Below are positions 8,001 through 15,382 of a stretch of 39,494 nucleotides of DNA, piece after piece. Source of the stretch: a virus (taxonomy: Duplodnaviria; Caudoviricetes). The notes under the pieces are model-generated. The model had not been told where the DNA came from. It made no database searches and saw only the letters and a program-made list of their open reading frames with translations. The position numbers and the translations under genes are program-made. Numbering within the stretch: position 1 is the first letter of the stretch; each line of letters opens with the position of its first letter. Location: positions 1-39,494 of the IMG/VR virus record IMGVR_UViG_3300023179_000240; one strand, given 5' to 3'.

Positions 8001-9592
8001 CTCTGGGAGTTGTTCGCCTTGATCTCTCGGTCAATCTTGGATGCTTTGTTGCGGGACTGAATGGCCTTATCCACGGCATTCCATAATCCTCCGCTAGTCC
8101 CGTCCCCGATCCCCAACTGGTCATAAGCCGATTGAGCCACTTCATCCACGGGAGTAGTTCCGCTCATCAGCTTCTTGTATGGCCCCCTCAGATCCGGCAT
8201 TCCGTCATACTCCGCCGGAGGCTTGGTTTCGCTAAGACGCTTTAATGATGGGCCGGATGTCTTGCCGTATAGATCAATGTTTCTGTTCCTGATGGCCTTG
8301 CCCTTGGAAAGCATCCCGCCCTGCTCTTGAATAAAATCAATAATGTCGTATCCAGTCTCGCTAGGCTCAATCATCTCTTCGCTAAACGACTTGGAAGGCC
8401 TTTCCTCGGCCTTGAGTAATCTTTGCCTTTCAGCCCGAACCTCGTCTATCCGCTCGTCAAAATAAGAAGGATTGCTTGGATTGCCCTCCTTGAAATTCTG
8501 GGCTTCCGCATCCTTCATCCTTTGTAATTCATATTCAATCTGATCTAGGCGGGTAAGCCTGCCCTTCTTAAATGGAGATAGGACTAGCTCGGATCTATCT
8601 ATTGGTTGAGGCTGTTCCTCGCTGATTGGCTGTTGAGCGAGTTGAGTCTCCTGTTGAGTGTCAGGCTGAATCTCCGGCTGAGTATTCTCTGCCTGAGGAA
8701 CTTCTGACTGAATACCCTCTGTTGCTACATTCCTCCTAGCCTGAATAGCCTCGCCAACTTTTTCCGATGGTGCGAGAGCCGCCCTTCCTAATCTAGTTGG
8801 TTCAGTATTGAGGGCTCCCACTACAAGGCTTGCGCCTAGCCTGAGAGGATTAAAGTCTCCCTGTTGAAATTGATTGAAGGCCTCCATTCCCCCCTGAGTG
8901 CCTGTGTTGAAAGCCACGTTAAGTAGGTTGGATGCCTGCTCCCTGACTGCGGGATTCTCCATCGCATCCTTCGTGATCTCTCCGGCTAGGATTTGTTTGG
9001 CGAATGTTCCGGCTTTGGCAAGGTTGCTTGGGCTAGGCCTGAATAAAGCAAAGGAAGGGGCCACTTGACCGACAAACGAGGCAACGGGCTGTTGCTCTGC
9101 GTCTTTCCTGAATTGTTCGTCAATAGCCTGCTTGGTTTCAGGGGATAGAATCTTATCCATCCCGTATTCCTGCAAGGCCTCCGCCCCCATCGAGGCCAAA
9201 ATACCTCCCGCCAATCCTCCTATCGCCGCCCCGACTGGGGCGGCTGGGCCAGTCATCGCCGCTCCAACTGCGGCTCCCGTCAAAGCACCACCAACAATAC
9301 CAGCCCCCGTTGGGATGGCTGATCTTGCGGCTCCCCTGCCTAGGGCTCCGATAAAGGAAGAATCATCCGAAGGCCTCTCATATTCCGTCATGGGGCGAAT
9401 GCCAGCCCCTCCTTCGCTTAGAATATCGTCAAATAGGCCTGTGGATTTAGCTTGAGGAGCCTGAATGGGTTGAGAATCAGGATTTGTGGGCGGAGTTGAT
9501 TCCGCCAATATATCGTCAAAAAGACCAGCTTGAGGCCGAGGAGTTTCCTCGGGCCTCTTCTTTTCCTCTAGGATGTCGTCAAATAAGCCCAC
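5042..9592 (-). CDS. Large internal virion / DNA ejection protein with C-terminal LPD38-like domain
   Basis: 1516 aa, last of three injection genes. C-terminal YYDKIPQYVKETNFII...FKIPMPYGY...NFNPLG...PTLISP...NMDYSGRPI resembles LPD38. Gly/Ala-rich hydrophobic segments near the N-terminus. Confidence 0.75.
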   Translation of the reverse strand: MGLFDDILEEKKRPEETPRPQAGLFDDILAESTPPTNPDSQPIQAPQAKSTGLFDDILSEGGAGIRPMTEYERPSDDSSFIGALGRGAARSAIPTGAGIVGGALTGAAVGAAMTGPAAPVGAAIGGLAGGILASMGAEALQEYGMDKILSPETKQAIDEQFRKDAEQQPVASFVGQVAPSFALFRPSPSNLAKAGTFAKQILAGEITKDAMENPAVREQASNLLNVAFNTGTQGGMEAFNQFQQGDFNPLRLGASLVVGALNTEPTRLGRAALAPSEKVGEAIQARRNVATEGIQSEVPQAENTQPEIQPDTQQETQLAQQPISEEQPQPIDRSELVLSPFKKGRLTRLDQIEYELQRMKDAEAQNFKEGNPSNPSYFDERIDEVRAERQRLLKAEERPSKSFSEEMIEPSETGYDIIDFIQEQGGMLSKGKAIRNRNIDLYGKTSGPSLKRLSETKPPAEYDGMPDLRGPYKKLMSGTTPVDEVAQSAYDQLGIGDGTSGGLWNAVDKAIQSRNKASKIDREIKANNSQRQAFASEILKPKEGQTSFKTSDLQVGDIIRSGENYFQVLDIDPENYSRTIKGPDKFGTRTIKEDSIIFADKAINRDGDPLQGVKVRNATMPKTEAPKLTLEQKIAQYKAVRPEGEQVPVRRKLQNGLDNFRRTFQDKFVDVENLQKRVSNDIRAPIAESANIKQREELYHGRVGERVSDFEDTKVQPLLNELRRSGVDRKDFELYAQAKHGRERNTVIAQRDVSKPDGGSGLTNSEISALLNGNNPIIPLEAQKKMEPIRQKLVALNKDTLRNLWEGGLISGETYDLLSNRYQDYVPLIGKAGATEDEVVGTVGTGAGYDVRGNDIKIAEGRGSIAPDPLAYSIQLHRDSIIRAEKNRVLQTAAQFAMRYRDNGIIELVQKGDIGDTNAKDIIAFKDNGETKYLRINDPKLADVMKNRASSTTGPIIQFLSSMNRYLAYVNTQASPEFVIANFARDLQTALVNISGENAKGLAAGLIKSVPDAMRATYRAEMGKPDLNGKMDAYYKEFKAAGGRMTFFGLKDIAATQTDIQKALGNGSYRNYTKVFEVALDKLARLNSAVENATRLATYSTLRENGFSVQKAAYAARNITVNFTRKGTAGPLLNAVYLFANANIQGSARIIQAIASSPKVRKILAGVMVAGFFRSMMNRVVGGKDETGEDYYDKIPQYVKETNFIIMKPNSNGEYFKIPMPYGYSVFDYAGQLLNEVSPKEALGGGASKTQALVKLTGAVLDNFNPLGASKSLLQSISPTLISPITDYALNMDYSGRPIMPTPSPFDATPPPNSQRYWSNVGPIAKAVAQKINELTGGNEVRAGKIDISPETIGQVFDFLTGSAGKFAERMIFLGSNVSKASRGELDWGDLVGNVPLTRKVYGAVPSYVDTVRYQDLRREVLTVADEVKLAQTTRDTKRLAEIRSSASPELKMVEQIKHTEQALKELRAERLRLKAVLEKGDNPAIQKRIDKNNETQKAMMMRVLKRYNGLLDEKV

Positions 9593-9595
9593 ACT

Positions 9596-10489
9596 TTAAG
9601 GAAGGTTGACTCCCATTTGGGCCGCACGATCCTTAATCTTTTGGCGTTGCTCCGGCGTTTGGGCTCGGCTCATGGCGGCTAGTGCCTGTTGGCGTACAGC
9701 CTCCGTATCAGCCTGAGGCTTTGCTTGAGTGGCCTGCATCGGCTGGGGGGTTCCGCCGCTTGCCTGAACATTCGCAACATCCCTTACAAGCATTCCCTGT
9801 GATTGGGACTGATAAGCTGGTCTGGCGTATTCAGGTGTAGCCTCACCGAGAGGGGAGGTTGAATCCACCATCGCACTAGCCATGCCATAAGGATTGTAAC
9901 CAGACTCCTCCTGAGCCTGATCCTGCTTGCCGACATATCCACCAAGTCCGGCCTGAGACTGGGGAACTTTCATGGTGACAACCTCGCTCTGTTCTTCCCC
10001 GTTATCATCCAAGTATTTCCTAGTCTTTTTGATGGTAGCCATGCCGGATTCGGATGGTTCTTTGCCATTCAAGAAATCCGCCAACTCCAAGGCTTTAGCC
10101 TTGGCAAACCCTCCATCAATGGATCGGTAGGTAAGTTCCGCCCCCTTGATTTTCCTGATCGCATTCAAGTCCTGAAGCCTTTTGGCGGCAACCTGACTTT
10201 CAATCATAAATTGCTTGGCCTCGTCTGGGTCTTTCAGGGATGACTGCTGGAATCTCTGCTCAAGCATTGTTTTCTGAAAGCTCGTCTCCCCGATGGCCTT
10301 GTCGAGTTCCCCTAGCTCGCTGATTCCAGCATACACATCATTCCTTCTTTGGTTTGCATCATTGTATAGTTGCATCTGCTTTTCATAATACTTCTGCTTG
10401 AGCTCCATCTCCTGATTCATTCTTTTTTTTGTCAGATCGTCCATTTCTGACTGCCTATTCATCTCATATATGTCTCTTATTAAACCCAT
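9596..10489 (-). CDS. Putative internal virion / ejection protein
   Basis: 297 aa, helical, Q/E/K-rich; sits between two ejection-type genes. Confidence 0.55.
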   Translation of the reverse strand: MGLIRDIYEMNRQSEMDDLTKKRMNQEMELKQKYYEKQMQLYNDANQRRNDVYAGISELGELDKAIGETSFQKTMLEQRFQQSSLKDPDEAKQFMIESQVAAKRLQDLNAIRKIKGAELTYRSIDGGFAKAKALELADFLNGKEPSESGMATIKKTRKYLDDNGEEQSEVVTMKVPQSQAGLGGYVGKQDQAQEESGYNPYGMASAMVDSTSPLGEATPEYARPAYQSQSQGMLVRDVANVQASGGTPQPMQATQAKPQADTEAVRQQALAAMSRAQTPEQRQKIKDRAAQMGVNLP

Positions 10490-10501
10490 ATATAAATCTC
10501 C

Positions 10502-12349
10502 TTAAAGAAGCTTGGCCGCCACCCCGCCGATTCCAGAAATCCAAGACAGAGGGCTATTGTATTGTTGGCTTGTTGCGTAGGTGCTCGATAGATAGCCAAG
10601 CTGTGCGTTGTATTGGCTTGTCTGATTCCCATACACGCCCAAGGCAAAGTCCGTACCGACCCTTCCGGCATTTGGATTGATGTTGACCCCCTGAGGGATC
10701 GGGGTCTGAATTGTGGGAGCCGCCCCCTGACCAAGAGCCCCAAGTTGTCCGCCTTGCGTGACAATCGGCTGAAGGCCTGCGTAGCTCTGAAGATTGGCGA
10801 TCCCCTGCTGGGTCGCCGCATTCCTCTGTTGGATGGCCGCAAGTTGATTTCCATAGGCTTGTTGAGCAAGCTGATTGTTTGAGGCAATCGCCCCAAGCTG
10901 ATTTTGATACATGGACTGCTGGGCTTGGTTCCGCTGTCCCAAAGCTGTCTGCTGATTTTGAAACTCCTGCTGACTGACCGCATTGTTGGCCCCAACCTGA
11001 TTGACGTAGTTTTGATACTCGGACTGAGCCGATTGATTGTTAAAGGCGGCTGATTGCGCCCGATTGCTTAGTTCGGTCTGGGAGGCCTGATTCCTTTGGC
11101 CGAGTGCGCCCAACCTGTTCTGATATTCCTGCTGGGCAAGGTTATTGTTGACGGTGTTGGCCGTGGAGTAATTGATGTAACCCTGTTGGGCAAGTTGATT
11201 GGCCTCCTGCCGAATGGCGTTAGCAACGTCATAACTGCTCTGACCGCTTTGAAGATACCCGACAACATCAGCCCTAGCCTGACGAGCCATATCCTGCTCT
11301 GCGCCGGAACGAGTCAGAATCTCCTGCGCCGTGGGAGCGTTTCCATAAATGTTGCCCCTCGCTGTCTGGGCTCCTCTGACTGCATTATTCAGCCTGCGGG
11401 ATTGCTCCTCGGTCAACTTTCCATTGTTGAAAAGATTCTCCCCTAATTGCCGCTCAATCTCAGCCCTGCCCATAGCGGCATTCCCGCCTCCGGCGTTTTC
11501 GTCTCCGGCTTGAAATTGAGGCCCATAACCCTGCCTTGACAACGATGGCCCACCATCTGCCCTTTCAAGCGCAGAGCCCGAGTCCAGTCTCGCAAGCGAT
11601 GGCCCACCGCCAAGCCTGCTCATGGACGGGCTATTGGACGACATCTCGTATTGAGGCCCATATCCGCTTTGCGTGAATGTCGGCCCGTTGCCAATTCCCT
11701 CAAAATTTGTATTAGCCACTCTGCTACCAAGCAATTCTCGGTTGGCATATCCAGTCGGATCAATAGCCTGAAGCTGATTTCTGGCCTCCGATGCAAACTG
11801 AGTCCCATACTGCCTCTGCAAATCCAAGGCCTGTTGTGCATTGGCTTTTTGCTCCTGCCTTTGAAAATCGGATACCGCTTTGGCCGCATCTAAATCCGAT
11901 TTTCCCCTAAAGTCTAGAATAGCCTCCTGACTGGTTATTTCCTTGGGGGTACTGTATCTTTTGCCGTCCTCATCAAATATCTGAACGTAGTATTGTTGAG
12001 GGGTGGTGGCCTCCGATGCAGACACCTCACGCCTATTTCTCCCTGTTCCAGTAAAATAACGATTTCCCTGTTGCTCGTAACCTGAATTAAGAACATTTCT
12101 CGTCCTAGTCTCAACACCAAACCCGAGGGCAGTCCCGCCAAGCTTTGCCGCATTCTCAATTTCCCTCTTTGCTCCAAGAGTTTGAACATCAGCCAAAACG
12201 CCAGCCCTATTTGCGGCGGCATAATCCGGCGGAGGAGGAGGCGGAGGCGGAGAAGGCGGAGATCCGCCATATCTTACGTTGGCGATCCAGAATAAGGCCG
12301 TGCAGGAATGGGCCTGCTTGGGATTAGCTAGTCTCTGCTCTAAAAACAT
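10502..12349 (-). CDS. DNA ejection/transfer protein (P22 gp7-like position), Q/N/G/A-rich
   Basis: N-terminal GGSPPSPPPPPPPPDY, Gln/Asn-rich helical repeats and an amphipathic C-terminus; directly downstream of the nozzle and GNAT-like genes. Confidence 0.65.
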   Translation of the reverse strand: MFLEQRLANPKQAHSCTALFWIANVRYGGSPPSPPPPPPPPDYAAANRAGVLADVQTLGAKREIENAAKLGGTALGFGVETRTRNVLNSGYEQQGNRYFTGTGRNRREVSASEATTPQQYYVQIFDEDGKRYSTPKEITSQEAILDFRGKSDLDAAKAVSDFQRQEQKANAQQALDLQRQYGTQFASEARNQLQAIDPTGYANRELLGSRVANTNFEGIGNGPTFTQSGYGPQYEMSSNSPSMSRLGGGPSLARLDSGSALERADGGPSLSRQGYGPQFQAGDENAGGGNAAMGRAEIERQLGENLFNNGKLTEEQSRRLNNAVRGAQTARGNIYGNAPTAQEILTRSGAEQDMARQARADVVGYLQSGQSSYDVANAIRQEANQLAQQGYINYSTANTVNNNLAQQEYQNRLGALGQRNQASQTELSNRAQSAAFNNQSAQSEYQNYVNQVGANNAVSQQEFQNQQTALGQRNQAQQSMYQNQLGAIASNNQLAQQAYGNQLAAIQQRNAATQQGIANLQSYAGLQPIVTQGGQLGALGQGAAPTIQTPIPQGVNINPNAGRVGTDFALGVYGNQTSQYNAQLGYLSSTYATSQQYNSPLSWISGIGGVAAKLL

Positions 12350-12373
12350 TGTTTTTCTCCATGTAGTGCCAGC

Positions 12374-12796
12374 CTAGTTTGTGGCAAGCGTTAGATTTTT
12401 CATGCAAAAGGAGTTCATGCGGTCAAACATATCGACCCCGAACTTCCTGATTTTCCCGTTCTTTAGCCCTCTTCGGTAGGCAACATAAGGCTTTCTTCCG
12501 TATTTAGACCATAGAAGATCAAACAAGGAGGAAATTGCAACTCCTTGATCCGCAACAACCAACTCCACCCATGTCACATTTCCTTTAGGATCGTGCTTAT
12601 ATGGTTCGAGGCCATCCTCTGAATTGTTAAGGAATCTTACGCAAGCTACTCCCCTGATTTGCTCCCCCTCCGTGGCAACCCCGCAAAGCTCGTTATTCAT
12701 ATACCATTGAAGGACATTCGTTGTGTGAGTCTGGTTTTCCCATCCGGCCATGCGTGGGGCAATCCACCTAGCCGCCATTGAAGCGGTTACGGTCAT
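12374..12796 (-). CDS. GNAT/acyltransferase-like protein (P22 gp14-like position)
   Basis: 140 aa; IRGVACVRF...GNVTWVELVVA...YVAYRR resembles the GNAT/HlyC-type fold; syntenic between nozzle and first ejection protein. Confidence 0.45.
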   Translation of the reverse strand: MTVTASMAARWIAPRMAGWENQTHTTNVLQWYMNNELCGVATEGEQIRGVACVRFLNNSEDGLEPYKHDPKGNVTWVELVVADQGVAISSLFDLLWSKYGRKPYVAYRRGLKNGKIRKFGVDMFDRMNSFCMKNLTLATN

Positions 12797-14394
12797 AGCT
12801 CCTCGTTCACGAAGGCATCCAAGAAGGCACTGACAACAACCGCCTGAAGGTTAAGCTTGCCGGAACTGCTCTCCACAAGCACCTGAACCCCTTTAATGGG
12901 CTGATTCCCAAGCAAGCTCCTTGCCCTTCTCTTGGCTTTCTGATTCCTTAGAACTGCATTTGAATTAAGAACAAAAGGAATAATCAATGCCCCAAGCCCG
13001 CCAGAGTAGGCCGAACTATCAATGTTCGAGAATGCAGACACCGTATCCCCGTTCTCATCAATCAAAGATACAGAACAATATGCGGTGCTCGAATAGAACT
13101 GAACCTCAACATTGTTCAGGCTCTTGTAACTCATCATCTCGCCAAACACGAACTCCCTTGTGGTAATGCTCGTCCTGATGCTCGCCCCCGAGTCTTGGTA
13201 GTCGCTCGCTACCTCATTATCGTCCTTCACCCACTCCCTCCATTGCAAAACCGATCCAGTGGGAGTTGCCAATACTAGGCAGTTGGACGGGGTGTTTGTG
13301 TAATGGACAAACTCGGAGGCTTGAAAATTAGTCCACTTTCCAGACCAAGACTTATGAACCGTGTTATAGACGATGGAGCAGTTATTTGTTGATGAGGTGC
13401 TTATAGGCACGGAAAGTATATATCTGTTCTTGTAATAGGTGGCGCAGGCCTTGGAGACGTAGGTGGTGTTGATTTCCTGAATTGTGGAATCAATAATCTT
13501 GGACAAAGGCTCGCTGATCTCCTGATCCGATCCCTGTAAAATCCTTTGCATACTCCTAACCCCATCCTGAGCCAACCAATACAAGTTCGCCCCGATCTGG
13601 CACACTGTCCTATGCGCCACGCACCCAATATCCTGACTGACATTTTCTATCGGCCAATCGGCTATGGATGCCGCAGTGGGATCGGTAGTGATGACGTAGG
13701 TTGAGTTATTCTTGAAAACAACAAGCCGGAACCCAGTCCATGAGGTGATAGCCGTGATGGGCTCGCCGTCACCACCGACCCTGAATGAATCCACCGCCGA
13801 CCAAGCCGCTGTTCCCTCCACGGAAAGAAGATCAGAAACATAAATGGTGTCAGGCTCGGAGGTTTTGATGGCGAACATTCTGTTGGTATGGGAGCACAAA
13901 AACTTAACCCCAGTCGGGGCGTTGGCGGCGGCTGGGATGGAGGCAACAGTTGTGCCGTTGAAGCTCTTGATGTCACTTACGCCATCGCAGAAATAGAGTT
14001 TGTCTGATAACTGGGCAAAATTAACAACATTATCGGCGGCATTGGTCAAATAAGATGAAGAGTCCTGAGTCCATGCCCCGCTTCCGGCAACCCCGTTATA
14101 CCAGAATATCTTCCTGTTCTTGGCAATGACGACCTGATTTACAGTTCCCGTGTCAAAATAATATGCCCCCTGAATGTTGGCCGTCCCTTCCGGCACTGCT
14201 GACGATGATAACGATGCCGTCCCCTTCCGAGTTACCGCATTGCCAACCCTGTCTATATCGACATTGATAAACTCTGTTCCCTGATTAGCCTCCAAAAGCT
14301 TTGAGGCGGCAATGTTATTAACCCCTCCCGTGAACGAGGTGGTTGCGTCAAATAGGATCGGATCGTCCAATCCGCTATTCGAGACAATGGGCAT
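12793..14394 (-). CDS. Tail nozzle / packaged-DNA stabilisation protein (P22 gp10 / tubular protein B-like)
   Basis: 533 aa, beta-rich with propeller-like repeats (FAQLSDKLYFCDG, RLVVFK, IGCVAHRTV...LYWLAQDGV); follows the adaptor gene. Confidence 0.75.
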   Translation of the reverse strand: MPIVSNSGLDDPILFDATTSFTGGVNNIAASKLLEANQGTEFINVDIDRVGNAVTRKGTASLSSSAVPEGTANIQGAYYFDTGTVNQVVIAKNRKIFWYNGVAGSGAWTQDSSSYLTNAADNVVNFAQLSDKLYFCDGVSDIKSFNGTTVASIPAAANAPTGVKFLCSHTNRMFAIKTSEPDTIYVSDLLSVEGTAAWSAVDSFRVGGDGEPITAITSWTGFRLVVFKNNSTYVITTDPTAASIADWPIENVSQDIGCVAHRTVCQIGANLYWLAQDGVRSMQRILQGSDQEISEPLSKIIDSTIQEINTTYVSKACATYYKNRYILSVPISTSSTNNCSIVYNTVHKSWSGKWTNFQASEFVHYTNTPSNCLVLATPTGSVLQWREWVKDDNEVASDYQDSGASIRTSITTREFVFGEMMSYKSLNNVEVQFYSSTAYCSVSLIDENGDTVSAFSNIDSSAYSGGLGALIIPFVLNSNAVLRNQKAKRRARSLLGNQPIKGVQVLVESSSGKLNLQAVVVSAFLDAFVNEEL

Positions 14395-14398
14395 GGGC

Positions 14399-15130
14399 TT
14401 AGATGTAGCTTAGGAACGCAGACTTTGAGCCGGAATAGACTGGATAATCCCAATCCGACCTAGACCACTCGCCTGAATCCACCGCAGTAACAGTGAGATT
14501 GTAGGCCGATTGACCACGCTCGATATTGGTAGCCACCTTAATTTGAGCCACTCCATCGGCATACATCATCTGGGCCTTTGAGTATTGGCGATCACGGGTA
14601 AGCATATCCCCCTCTGCAAACGCAAGCAGGGCGTTATCAATGCCATTCAGGGCTGGGCTGTCTGTGTCGTTGGTAAGATTGCGAGTCTGGAACTGGGAAG
14701 ATCCGTCAATAACCCGAAGCTTGATCTTTCCCAATACCGAAAGGGTTTTGGTCTCTGATGGGGTCTGAACAAGCCTAATTTGACAAACATTCGATGCGGT
14801 TTTAGGAAGCGTAACAAAGCCAAGAGGGGTTCCCGTGTTGTCAAAAAGGGTAGGATCAATCGCATATACGGCCTCGTACTGAACTGGGCCTAGGGTTGTA
14901 TCCGACCAACGAACTGCCACGATCTGATCTATGGCAGTGTTGGAGATGGTGACATCCTGAGTTCCGGCATTCACGGTCTGGGTGGATGTTCCAAGCGTGT
15001 CCCGCCAAAGTTGGCTAGACCAGATTAGCTCATATCTACGAGCAAGGAACTCCTTGCATTGAGCCACGGAGTCAGTGTCGGTCTTGCCGATCTTCCCCGT
15101 AACAAAGGAAGCCATGTCGGATAGGGTCAT
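14399..15130 (-). CDS. Head-tail adaptor (tail tubular protein A-like)
   Basis: 243 aa with helical N- and C-termini and a beta-rich middle; immediately upstream of the nozzle. Confidence 0.6.
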   Translation of the reverse strand: MTLSDMASFVTGKIGKTDTDSVAQCKEFLARRYELIWSSQLWRDTLGTSTQTVNAGTQDVTISNTAIDQIVAVRWSDTTLGPVQYEAVYAIDPTLFDNTGTPLGFVTLPKTASNVCQIRLVQTPSETKTLSVLGKIKLRVIDGSSQFQTRNLTNDTDSPALNGIDNALLAFAEGDMLTRDRQYSKAQMMYADGVAQIKVATNIERGQSAYNLTVTAVDSGEWSRSDWDYPVYSGSKSAFLSYI

Positions 15131-15382
15131 TTACGAGAGCCAATTATCACCAGCTACAATCGCAGCATGGAGAGGAGACAAATCTTCATTAGTCCAAATA
15201 TCCCAAGCAACAGCAATTTTTAGATGCTCAACATTGCGCTCAATGTCAGAGGCTCTCTGCTCTTGTGTTTGGTTTTCTTGGGGAGCAAGAATCCTAGCGT
15301 TAATTAAATTAACGCTGTCCAAAGCGGCAGAGTATCTTTTGGCTGGTGCGGGAACTTCATTGAGTTGGATATTTTCGCTCAT
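15131..15382 (-). CDS. Hypothetical protein, tail-fibre associated
   Basis: 83-aa ORF overlapping the tail fibre stop codon. Confidence 0.55.
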   Translation of the reverse strand: MSENIQLNEVPAPAKRYSAALDSVNLINARILAPQENQTQEQRASDIERNVEHLKIAVAWDIWTNEDLSPLHAAIVAGDNWLS

